Below the pieces are notes generated by a model. It saw only the letters and a program-made list of their open reading frames with translations, was not told the origin of the DNA and ran no database searches. Of a DNA stretch of 64,000 bases, positions 17,164-25,673 are shown in pieces (position 1 is the stretch's first letter; each line of letters opens with the position of its first letter). The translations under genes and the position numbers were made by a program. The DNA is from Candidatus Omnitrophota bacterium (GTDB taxonomy: Bacteria; Omnitrophota; Gorgyraeia; Gygaellales; Profunditerraquicolaceae), in contig JBDRAV010000003.1 of the NCBI GenBank assembly GCA_043823435.1, positions 32,366 through 96,365 of the forward strand, given 5' to 3'.

Positions 17164-20073
17164 TTAAAAGACCGCGGACGGACAAATCTGATTATAGGCG
17201 CAATAAGTACAGGCCATATATGCGGGAGTAGCCTTAAAATCTCTATCGCGGATACCCCGCGAAACCTTCTCTATCTTATCGTCCACTTTTCCCAATTCGT
17301 TTTCTTTTATCTGATGCGAACCGATTATCCCTGACTCCAAGAAATATAACTTCACGGCCTTAGGCATCTGGCCGAACACATTCTTATAGGCGAGGGCGTA
17401 AAGCGCAAGCTGCAAACTCTCTTTCGTACGTTTATCCGCTTCTTTCTGTACGCTGATCTGCGAAGTCTTGAAATCCATAATTACCGGACAGTCTTCCTCC
17501 ATATCCACCCTGTCAAAACGGCCGGTGATTTTATTATCCCCCAGCATAAACGAGAATTCTTTTTCGATGTATAATGGCCTGGAATCCGCCTTTTCTTCAT
17601 CATTAAAGAATTTAATCAATGCCTCCTGCCCGATGCGGGAACGCTCCTCCTGGTGCTTTTCGTCTAAAAAACCCTGCGGATCGAAGTTCTCTTTGAATGC
17701 GTTCAATAAATCCGCTGCCGTCATCTTTCTGCCGGCCATTTTAAATTGAAAATATTTAGTCACGGCTTCATGCATTGCCCGGCCGTAAATAACGGTATGG
17801 TGCTCCATAATAGGAACGCGCAGTATGTTTACATATTTATACTTTAACGGGCAGGTAAGATAGTCGTCTATGTGGTAATAGCTCAAAGAGATAAGCTTAT
17901 CTTCGGGAATAGCGGAAGCCTTCTTCGGGGGAGACTCTTTTTTAGGGGCAAAACGCTCAATTGCCTCCAGGGCGCTGGATTTCTTTTTTCCCGGCTCTTT
18001 CTCCCCCTTTCCCTCTAGCGCTTCCAGGACAAACTGGCTTAAGCGCCTTAAGCGTCTTCCGCCGTAATCGGAAGCGCTGGTAAAATATAATTCTTCTTTA
18101 GCCCGCGTCATCCCCACATAAAATAACCTGCGCTCCTCCTGAATGTGGAAATCCCCGCCCGGCAATACCTCTTTGATCAAGGGATCGGGTAATTCGATCT
18201 GCTGCCGGCGGCGCGGCCAGGGAAAGCGGCCGTCCACTAAACTCACTAGAAATACCACCCTGAATTCAAGGCCCTTGGCTTTATGGATAGTGAGCACGTT
18301 CACCGCATCGCAATCTACGTCCGCCTCTACTGTCGGCGGGTCATCGCCTGCCTCGATCAAGAGATTAAGGTAATTCACGAAACTCATCACGCGGTCTTCC
18401 CGGGCCACGAGTTCAAAATCACGCACGATATTGAAGAATTTCGCAAGATTCTGGATCTTAGTTTCGTTTTCCAGGCTGGGTTCTTTAGTGAGTTTTTTTA
18501 AAAATCCGGTTTCGGTCAAGAAACTGTAAAGGAGCCGTCCGGTAGTCTCTTCGCGAGAAATCTTCAGGAATTTCTTAAGGTCCGATAAAATATTATCTAT
18601 TTTGGCCTTTGATTTTTCGCTCACATCTTTTAATTCCGGAATCTGGCTTAATCCATCAAATACCAGATACAAGGGCCTGTTCCTGCGTTTTGCATAATGT
18701 GAGCAAAGCCCTAAGTCGGAAAGGTCAAGCTTATAGACCTCGGAACTGGCGAGATAATAGAGGCTTAGGGGATCCGATAGGTTAGCTACTACGCGCAAGA
18801 AATTTATGCATAGCTTGACCTCTTCCCGCGAATAGAGGCCCTGGTTCCCGCTAAACTGCCACGGGATATCCTGCATATTCAATGCCTGCAGGAAACCCTG
18901 GGCGTCGGAATTGGAGCGAACGAGGATTGCGAAATCGCGATACTTGAAATTTCCCGCGGATACTTTGTCTTTGATTATCACGGCTACGTTATCCGCTTCG
19001 GTAGAGTGGGTATCAAAATGCAAGTGGGAAACGGCAATACCCTCTTTAGTCAAACCGATAAGGCGCTTATCAATATCCGCCTTCACTTCAAAACGCTCAG
19101 GGTTATTATTCTGTATAAGCCGGTATGCGCTGTCCAGGATTGCCTGCGAAGAGCGGTAATTCCGGACGATATTTACCTTTTTGGCTTCGGGAAAATCGCT
19201 GATAAAATTTAAAAGGTTGGAATAAGCAGCGCCGCGGAAGCGATAGATGCACTGGTCATCATCTCCCGTAACCGCAATGTTACCATTTCCTCCCGCGAGG
19301 AGTTTTGCCAGCTGATATTGAGCAAAGTTCGTGTCCTGAAATTCATCTACGAGGATATATTTAAATTGCTCCTGGTATTTTTTTAAAATCAGCGGGTGCT
19401 CCCTTAAAAGTTTAAGCGCCAGGTAGAACTGGTTGCCGAAATCTACCAGCCCTTCCCTGGCGAGCAATTCCTGATAACGCCCGTAGGCGCGCGCGACCTC
19501 CATCTGCTGCAGGGCTTCCTCTTTCAATGTCAAATCTGAGGCGTCGGCTTCTGTTTTTGCTACGAGCCCCTGCGCGTACCTTAAATATTCTTGAGGAGAT
19601 ACATCCTCATCTTTGGCACGGCTGAATAAGGATATCAACGCTTCAATAAAACGCGTGGGGTCCGATAAAGGCCGGTAATAAGAAAGATCGAATTCGAAGA
19701 GATGCTCACGGCAGAATACCGCTGCCTCAGGGCGCGTTAATACCTTAAAGTCCGGATTAAGGCCTGCCACCAGCGCGTTTTCGCGCAGCAACCTATCCCC
19801 GAAAGCGTGAAATGTGGAGATCCAGGTATCGGTATAACCGTAAGGAACGAGAATATCCACGCGTTCCTGCATCTCATGCGCTGCCTTATCCGTAAAGGTA
19901 AGGGCAAGTATCTCCCCGGTCTTCGCCAGCCCTTCGGATATAAGCCAGGCGATCCTGCGGGTGATAACCGTGGTCTTGCCTGTACCTGCGCCCGCGATAA
20001 TAAGCAAAGGCCCATCCTTATGCGTAACCGCCTCTAACTGCTCCTTATTCAACCCTTCTAATATTTCATTCAT
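17164..20073 (-). CDS. UvrD/PcrA-family helicase fused to a C-terminal PD-(D/E)xK nuclease with a Cys cluster (AddA/AddB- or Cas4-like)
   Basis: Walker A AGAGTGKT, DEFQDTN, and later helicase motifs. The C-terminus has YLTCPLKYKY, DRVD..IMDFKTS (D..D/ExK) and CTYCAYNQIC (C-x2-C-x5-C). Confidence 0.8.
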   Translation of the reverse strand: MNEILEGLNKEQLEAVTHKDGPLLIIAGAGTGKTTVITRRIAWLISEGLAKTGEILALTFTDKAAHEMQERVDILVPYGYTDTWISTFHAFGDRLLRENALVAGLNPDFKVLTRPEAAVFCREHLFEFDLSYYRPLSDPTRFIEALISLFSRAKDEDVSPQEYLRYAQGLVAKTEADASDLTLKEEALQQMEVARAYGRYQELLAREGLVDFGNQFYLALKLLREHPLILKKYQEQFKYILVDEFQDTNFAQYQLAKLLAGGNGNIAVTGDDDQCIYRFRGAAYSNLLNFISDFPEAKKVNIVRNYRSSQAILDSAYRLIQNNNPERFEVKADIDKRLIGLTKEGIAVSHLHFDTHSTEADNVAVIIKDKVSAGNFKYRDFAILVRSNSDAQGFLQALNMQDIPWQFSGNQGLYSREEVKLCINFLRVVANLSDPLSLYYLASSEVYKLDLSDLGLCSHYAKRRNRPLYLVFDGLSQIPELKDVSEKSKAKIDNILSDLKKFLKISREETTGRLLYSFLTETGFLKKLTKEPSLENETKIQNLAKFFNIVRDFELVAREDRVMSFVNYLNLLIEAGDDPPTVEADVDCDAVNVLTIHKAKGLEFRVVFLVSLVDGRFPWPRRRQQIELPDPLIKEVLPGGDFHIQEERRLFYVGMTRAKEELYFTSASDYGGRRLRRLSQFVLEALEGKGEKEPGKKKSSALEAIERFAPKKESPPKKASAIPEDKLISLSYYHIDDYLTCPLKYKYVNILRVPIMEHHTVIYGRAMHEAVTKYFQFKMAGRKMTAADLLNAFKENFDPQGFLDEKHQEERSRIGQEALIKFFNDEEKADSRPLYIEKEFSFMLGDNKITGRFDRVDMEEDCPVIMDFKTSQISVQKEADKRTKESLQLALYALAYKNVFGQMPKAVKLYFLESGIIGSHQIKENELGKVDDKIEKVSRGIRDRDFKATPAYMACTYCAYNQICPSAVF

Positions 20074-20131
20074 ACCTAATAATATTTAGCGGTGTTGCAA
20101 GAAACCACCCAAGCCATCCCTCTTTATATTT

Positions 20132-20159
20132 ATTATACTTGACAAGGTGTTATTTTCAA
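20132..20159 (-). promoter_or_regulatory. Sigma70-type promoter TTGAAA-16-TATAAT for the helicase-nuclease gene
   Basis: On the plus strand, tttcaa at 20154-20159 and attata at 20132-20137. Interleaved with the rpmB promoter. Confidence 0.55.
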
Positions 20160-20166
20160 GTATACT
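20139..20166 (+). promoter_or_regulatory. Sigma70-type promoter TTGACA-16-TATACT for rpmB
   Basis: ttgaca at 20139-20144 and tatact at 20161-20166, followed by AGGAGAG and the ATG at 20191. Confidence 0.65.
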
Positions 20167-20190
20167 TTAGTTTCTACAGGAGAGATAAAT

Positions 20191-20418
20191 ATGTTGAAAA
20201 TATGCGCTATATGCGGAAAGTCTAAAGCGGCGGGAAAAAGCGTTGTGCGAAAAGGTATGGCCAAACAAAAAGGCGGCACAGGCAGTAAGATAGCCCGCTC
20301 AACCGCCAGAAAATTCCTACCTAACCTTCAAAAGATCCGCGTCTTGATAAAAGGCCGTTTCCAAAAGGCCTATGTCTGCACCAAGTGTATTAAAAAAGGC
20401 CGCGTGAAAAAGGCCTGA
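20191..20418 (+). CDS. rpmB: 50S ribosomal protein L28
   Basis: CAICGK..RKFLPNLQKIRV..YVCTKCIKKG pattern of L28; 75 aa. Confidence 0.8.
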   Translation: MLKICAICGKSKAAGKSVVRKGMAKQKGGTGSKIARSTARKFLPNLQKIRVLIKGRFQKAYVCTKCIKKGRVKKA

Positions 20419-20420
20419 TA

Positions 20421-22112
20421 TCATCTAAAAAAGATATCCTTCCCTTGTAATAAAATGCTCCCCCTGCCATGCCAATCATCAATCTTTGGAGTATAAACCA
20501 TATCAAAACTACCGGCGTTCATCATGCTGTCTTTAAAACTGCCCATGCCAAACCCTATCGCCTCAAGGGTAATATCTCCGTCTGTAACCCAGAATTTCAA
20601 AGTATCCCTGCTTAAAATTTGCGGTTCCCCCTTGAGTTGAAGTCCTCTGGTATAAAACAAAGGTTCGGGGTTGCCTGTGCCAAAAGGCTCAAGGCCGTTG
20701 AATTCGCCTATGACTTGCGCGTTAATATCCGACAAAGATAACTCCATATCTACATCTATACTGGGTAGCAAATCTTTCAAAACCATCTTTTCTTTTGCCA
20801 GACGGTTAATCTTATCCCTGAAATCCGCTATGTTATCACTGGTTATGATAAGGCCTACGGCGTGGCTGTGGCCCCCGAATGTCTTAAGATAATCCTTACA
20901 TTCCAGAAGCGCCTCAAAGAGATGGAAATTCTTTATGGAGCGCCCGGAACCTTTACAGATACCTCCTATTTTAGATATAACGATAGTCGGCCTGTAGAAT
21001 TTATCCGCGAGTTTTGAAGCCACTATCCCTAAAACTCCCTGATGCCAATCCTCCTTGGCGATGACAATAATCTTGTGTTCCTTAAAATTGATCTCCCGGT
21101 CGATTAAATCATGCGCCTCTTCCATTATCTTCTCCTCTATCTTCTGGCGCTGGCGGTTAAGCTCTTCTATCTTCCTGGCAATAGTCAATGCCTCGTTATC
21201 ATTACGGCTCAGGAGCAGATTTAACGCAATCTCGGCTGTATCCACGCGGCCGCTGGCATTGATACGGGGAGCCAATATAAAACTTACAAAACCAGAAGTT
21301 ATCTTTTTACCTTTGATGCGGCTGGTCTCTATAAGGGCCTTGATACCGGGCCTTTCAGAATGCGTTAGTTTTACCAATCCTTCCTTGACGATAACGCGGT
21401 TCTCACCGGTAAGCGGGGCAACGTCAGCGATAGTCCCCAGAGAAACCAAATCCAGGTCATCGAGCAACTTCTTGCCGGTAATAGCCTGACAGAGCTTATA
21501 AGCCACGCCTACCCCGGCCAGATCCCGGTATTTATAACGGCTACCTTTTATTTTAGGGTTTATGACGGCCGAGGCGCAAAGCGCCATATCGTGATTTGCC
21601 GGTTCATGGTGGTCAGTCACTATCACATCTATATTATGCCGCCTTAATTCTTTTATCTCCTCATTATTACCCGTTCCGCAATCTACCGTAATCAGAAGCG
21701 ATATGCCTTTCTGCCTGGCTAATTGAATACTCTTCCTGTTTAACCCGTAACCATCATTTATTCTATGCGGGATATAATGGGTTGTTTCCACTCCTACCAT
21801 GGCAAGCGTTTCCTTTAACAGCGCAAGCGCGGTCAGGCCGTCAACATCGTAGTCCCCGAATATCATAACCTTTTTTTTATTTTTAGCCGCGTCCTTGATA
21901 ATATTGACGGCCTTTTGCATATCAACAAACAAAAACGGGTCTAACATATTGTCCGGAACAGGCATCAGAAATTCTTCTGCTTCTTCTGGATCATTAATGC
22001 CGCGGTTTATCAATAACTGGGCCAGGATATTAGAAATATCAAGCTCTCTGCTTAAAATGTTCTGCAGGTGGGATTTGGGTGAAGGGATATTTAATATTTT
22101 GTGGCTGCGCAT
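20421..22112 (-). CDS. recJ: Single-stranded-DNA-specific exonuclease RecJ
   Basis: DHH motifs (IFGDYDVDG, VDCGTGN, VIVTDHH) and a DHHA1 domain (GGHSHAVG). Confidence 0.9.
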   Translation of the reverse strand: MRSHKILNIPSPKSHLQNILSRELDISNILAQLLINRGINDPEEAEEFLMPVPDNMLDPFLFVDMQKAVNIIKDAAKNKKKVMIFGDYDVDGLTALALLKETLAMVGVETTHYIPHRINDGYGLNRKSIQLARQKGISLLITVDCGTGNNEEIKELRRHNIDVIVTDHHEPANHDMALCASAVINPKIKGSRYKYRDLAGVGVAYKLCQAITGKKLLDDLDLVSLGTIADVAPLTGENRVIVKEGLVKLTHSERPGIKALIETSRIKGKKITSGFVSFILAPRINASGRVDTAEIALNLLLSRNDNEALTIARKIEELNRQRQKIEEKIMEEAHDLIDREINFKEHKIIVIAKEDWHQGVLGIVASKLADKFYRPTIVISKIGGICKGSGRSIKNFHLFEALLECKDYLKTFGGHSHAVGLIITSDNIADFRDKINRLAKEKMVLKDLLPSIDVDMELSLSDINAQVIGEFNGLEPFGTGNPEPLFYTRGLQLKGEPQILSRDTLKFWVTDGDITLEAIGFGMGSFKDSMMNAGSFDMVYTPKIDDWHGRGSILLQGKDIFFR

Positions 22113-22201
22113 AAATGAGCAGATAACTTATGGAGCCACGAAGTGGCGATATAAGTTATAACGTCCATCATTTTATCTGTCTATCAGTGTCTGCGAATTT
22201 A
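22111..22201 (+). repeat. E1 palindromic element exactly filling the argS-recJ spacer
   Basis: TAAATGAGC..GCGAATTTA termini. Stem ataacttat/ataagttat (22123-22131/22151-22159) with inner GCCAC-GAA-GTGGC. The left end touches the recJ ATG; the right-end TTA is the argS stop codon. Confidence 0.8.
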
Positions 22202-23839
22202 CATCTTCTCTGGCCTTGAGACGCCGATAAGGTCCAAACCGGATGATATGGCCAGCCTTGCGCCTTCAATAAGGGCCAATCGCGCCCTGGTCAGATTATC
22301 ATCCTGTCCTAAGACGCGGTGTTTATCGTAAAACTTATGGAAATCCTCGGCAAGCGCCTGTAAATAAACGGTAAGCATATAAGGGTCCAGGGTTACAAAA
22401 CAGATATTCAATATAAAAGGAAACTGCCATATTTTTTTAATCAACTCTATCTCTTCATTCTCTTTTAATACGGTCAAATCTATATTTTTAAACCCGGTCT
22501 TTATGGGGCTATTTTGCAGAATGCTGTATATCCTGGCATGTGCGTACTGTACGTAATAAACGGGATTCTCCGAGGTATGTTTCTTGGCGATATCCAGGTC
22601 GAAATCCAGATGGCTGGCCGTACGGCGCATGAGGAAAAAGAACCTGGAGGCATCGAGTCCGACCTCATCAAGGACTTCCCTTAAAGTTATATACTGGCCG
22701 CGGCGCGTAGACATCTGCACAGGCTTGCCCTCTCTGAATATGGAAGCCAATTGCACAATAATAATCGAAAGGGATTCCGGCTTTTTACCGAACGCGCTGA
22801 CCGCAGCCTTAAGCCTGCCTATATAACCGTGGTGGTCAGGGCCCCAAAGATTTATCAACCACTCGAATCCCCGCCTGAATTTATCCTGATGATAGGCGAT
22901 ATCAGGAGCCAGATACGTATAACTGCCGTCGCTTTTTACCACTACCCTGTCCTTATCATCTCCTAAAAGAGTAGACTTGAACCAGGTAGCACCACCATCT
23001 TCATATACCAACCCTTTGCTCTTCAGAAAATCCAGCGCCTTATTTATCCTGCCGCTCTTCCTCAATTTCTTCTGACTATACCAATAATCAAACTTTACCC
23101 CGAAATCATCAAGTTCCTTCTTTATTATACTTAATATATGCGCTACGCCAAACTGCGAGAAATCCTTTACCTTTAATCCGCGCCCCCTGATCTCCCTGGC
23201 TACGTCGCAGATATACTCTCCCTGGTAATAGTCTTCGGGGAATTCTATCTTTTCTCCCGATAATTCTTTAAGCCTCAGCTCTATGGACTTACCTAATGTA
23301 TTTATCTGGTTCCCTTCATCATTAAGATAATATTCCCTCTTTACGCGAAACCCCAGACAGCCTAGTATATTTGCCAATACGTCTCCGGCTACCGCCTGTC
23401 TGGCATGAGCCACGGACAAAGGCCCGGTAGGATTAGCGCTTACAAATTCAATAAGCACGCGCCTGTCCTTACCGATATTCGTTTTTATGAAACCTCTGCC
23501 TTTTAAGATTATATCCCGCAGGTGAGCGCAGAAATACTTGTTACTTAGATAAAAGTTTATGAATCCCGCACCTTCGGCTTTAATTTCCTTTAGATGATCT
23601 TTTATCGGGCTGTTTTCTAAACGCTTATTTATTCCGTCCGCCAGAATCTTGGCGACCTCCTGAGGGGATTTACGCGCCGACTTGCTTAACCTGAGTGCAA
23701 TATTTGTTGACAGGTCTCCGTAACGGCTATCCTGGGAAAGGTCAAGACGCAGATAACCTTCAGAGGCCTTATCTAACCCTACATCCTTTAATGAATCTTC
23801 TATTATCTTCAACAACAAAAGCCTGATATCTTCTTTCAT
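22199..23839 (-). CDS. argS: Arginine--tRNA ligase
   Basis: 546 aa, class I signature region SANPTGPLSVAHAR, anticodon-binding C-terminus ending ..M. Confidence 0.95.
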   Translation of the reverse strand: MKEDIRLLLLKIIEDSLKDVGLDKASEGYLRLDLSQDSRYGDLSTNIALRLSKSARKSPQEVAKILADGINKRLENSPIKDHLKEIKAEGAGFINFYLSNKYFCAHLRDIILKGRGFIKTNIGKDRRVLIEFVSANPTGPLSVAHARQAVAGDVLANILGCLGFRVKREYYLNDEGNQINTLGKSIELRLKELSGEKIEFPEDYYQGEYICDVAREIRGRGLKVKDFSQFGVAHILSIIKKELDDFGVKFDYWYSQKKLRKSGRINKALDFLKSKGLVYEDGGATWFKSTLLGDDKDRVVVKSDGSYTYLAPDIAYHQDKFRRGFEWLINLWGPDHHGYIGRLKAAVSAFGKKPESLSIIIVQLASIFREGKPVQMSTRRGQYITLREVLDEVGLDASRFFFLMRRTASHLDFDLDIAKKHTSENPVYYVQYAHARIYSILQNSPIKTGFKNIDLTVLKENEEIELIKKIWQFPFILNICFVTLDPYMLTVYLQALAEDFHKFYDKHRVLGQDDNLTRARLALIEGARLAISSGLDLIGVSRPEKM

Positions 23840-23941
23840 TTTATTTTTTAATGCATGGTTTGGGCGAGCATGAACCTCGAGAGGAAAAACACTAAAAGCA
23901 AGAAAGGTACCTTACCTCAAACCGGGCTGGGGCGAGGGAAA

Positions 23942-24280
23942 TTACTTCCTTCTGCTTCTTGGAATCCTTACGCGTTTTGCGTCAGACCAGAGTCTCTCTA
24001 AATTATAAAACTCTCTCATCGGCTCGTAGAAAATATGCGCTACCACCGATGAGAAATCCCCAGCTATCCAGCCGGATTCATCGTTGGCGGAGACTTTAGA
24101 GAGAGGTTTTATCCTGTCTTTTGCTAAATCTTCTTCTATATATTGCGCTACGGCATTCGCTTGTCTTAGGGATGTCGTGCTCATGATAACGAAATAATCG
24201 CAGAAACTCGAAACTCTGCGCATATCCAGAACGATTACGTCCTTGGCTTTCTTAGATTTAGCAAGCGCCGAAATACGCAA
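23942..24280 (-). CDS. rsfS: Ribosome silencing factor RsfS (Iojap family)
   Basis: ..KKAKDVIVLDMRRVSSFCDYFVIMSTTSLRQ..WIAGDFSSVVAHIF..RE.YNLERLW. The start is uncertain: the frame stays open and RsfS-like (..AIEARKIA) upstream of the TTG at 24280. Confidence 0.8.
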   Translation of the reverse strand: MRISALAKSKKAKDVIVLDMRRVSSFCDYFVIMSTTSLRQANAVAQYIEEDLAKDRIKPLSKVSANDESGWIAGDFSSVVAHIFYEPMREFYNLERLWSDAKRVRIPRSRRK

Positions 24281-24403
24281 CGCTATTTTTCTTGCCTCTA
24301 TTGCTCCCCCTTCCTTGACTCTAACCGAGAAGCTGGACAGATTTCTTAATCCGGTTATAAGATTTTATCCCGATGATCCGGTAAAATCCGGGGTATTGAA
24401 AGA

Positions 24404-24553
24404 CTATTTTTTTCCTAAAATCCTATACATACCCGTACCGCATGCCGGGCATTTTCCTTTTGCTGCTAAACGGCCGTTCTTCATCGTAACTTTCTGCTCG
24501 TCCTTCATCTCTTTTGATTCTTTACATTTTACGCAATATCCCTTTTCTGCCAT
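24404..24553 (-). CDS. Small zinc-ribbon protein (DUF5679-like), 49 aa
   Basis: MAEKGYCVKCKESKEM..GKCPACGTGMYRILGKK has two CxxC pairs. Start moved to the ATG at 24551-24553 behind AAGGAGGAAG. Confidence 0.55.
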   Translation of the reverse strand: MAEKGYCVKCKESKEMKDEQKVTMKNGRLAAKGKCPACGTGMYRILGKK

Positions 24554-24614
24554 TTGTCTTCCTCCTTTTTTAATCCCGCTACCTCTGGCAGGATGTCTAT
24601 TATAATATCGGTCT

Positions 24615-24643
24615 ATAGTATCACATGTTAATTTACGTGTCAA
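24615..24643 (-). promoter_or_regulatory. Sigma70-type promoter TTGACA-17-TACTAT for the zinc-ribbon gene
   Basis: On the plus strand, tgtcaa at 24638-24643 and atagta at 24615-24620, with a 17-nt spacer. Confidence 0.5.
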
Positions 24644-25669
24644 TTATTTCTTATCCACTGCATAATCAGAATAATCCTCCTCGATCTCTCCAACGATCTC
24701 CTCAAGCAGGTCTTCCAGCGTCGCCAATCCGATTGCTTTCTTATGTTCATCTACCACAATGGCAATCTGGACCTTATCTATCTGAAATCTCTTGAGCAAT
24801 TCATTCACCCGCAATGTAGCGGGTACATAATATGGTTTGTGCACAAGGTCATGCAACACAAATAGTTTCTTATCCTTGAGCACATAAAGTAAATCTCTGG
24901 CATAAATTATACCAATAATGTTATCGGGATTATTCTCGTAAACAGGCAGGCGCGCATGCCCTCCCTCCACAAAAATATCCGACAGCTCTTCTGGGGTAGA
25001 ATTTATATTGACGGCGACGATTTTATCTTTCGGCACCATTACCTCGTTTACCTTTGTATCGCCAAATTCAAAGATGCGATGCAACATCTTCCGCTCTTCA
25101 TCGCTAAGCACTCCTTCTTCCTTCCCGATCTCTATCATCATACGCAACTCTTCTTCAGTGATTAAAGGCAACCTCTTGGTAGATCTTATCCTGAATATCC
25201 TTAAGATAAGATTACTTATGCTGGTGAAGATAATGATAATCGGCTGGAATATCCTGATAAATATTTCCATAACCGGAGCGGTGAATAAGGCGACTTTCTC
25301 CGCGTGTTTAATTGCCAGTATTTTAGGGGTTATCTCGCATACGATAAGCACAAAAAACGTGGATATGAATGTTGAGGCAATAACTCCCCAATGATAACCG
25401 AATATATGGACAAATATCGCCGTAACTATAGCCGATATCGCGATATTCACGAAGTCATTTCCTATCAGGATCGCCGCAATAAATTTATCTAACTTCGTGA
25501 TCAGGCGATGGATGCTTTGAGCGCGTTTCAGGCCTTTTCTGATCATATTGCGCAGGCGAATCTTACTTAGGCCTATAATTGCGGTTTCGGAAGCAGAAAA
25601 GAAAAAAGATACCAACGCAAGCAGGAATAAAAATAGCAATATTACGGGTAAGGGGATTGCGAAAGGCAT
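24644..25669 (-). CDS. CNNM/DUF21 transmembrane protein with CBS pair (hemolysin/CorC-related)
   Basis: N-terminal 4-TM DUF21 region followed by two CBS-like repeats (..VNEVMVPKDKIVAV.., ..AIVVDEHKKAIGLATLEDLLEEIVGEI). Confidence 0.75.
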   Translation of the reverse strand: MPFAIPLPVILLFLFLLALVSFFFSASETAIIGLSKIRLRNMIRKGLKRAQSIHRLITKLDKFIAAILIGNDFVNIAISAIVTAIFVHIFGYHWGVIASTFISTFFVLIVCEITPKILAIKHAEKVALFTAPVMEIFIRIFQPIIIIFTSISNLILRIFRIRSTKRLPLITEEELRMMIEIGKEEGVLSDEERKMLHRIFEFGDTKVNEVMVPKDKIVAVNINSTPEELSDIFVEGGHARLPVYENNPDNIIGIIYARDLLYVLKDKKLFVLHDLVHKPYYVPATLRVNELLKRFQIDKVQIAIVVDEHKKAIGLATLEDLLEEIVGEIEEDYSDYAVDKK

Positions 25670-25673
25670 TATT

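Noticed and set aside
22111-22201. E1 hairpins as integron attC sites. They show an ..AAC / GTT.. core, bulged bases and a position right after stop codons.
   Set aside because: The flanking genes are core housekeeping genes, not cassettes. Elements occur in both orientations and in tandem, and no intI or attI is visible. The RYYYAAC/GTTRRRY match is limited to AAC/GTT.
23840-23941. The argS-rsfS spacer (two GGGCGAG strings and a CCTCGAGAGG mini-palindrome) as another copy of the family 2 element.
   Set aside because: Only short, scattered similarity such as GAACCT and GCGAG. None of the conserved blocks or paired helices of the 8427/58567 element is present.
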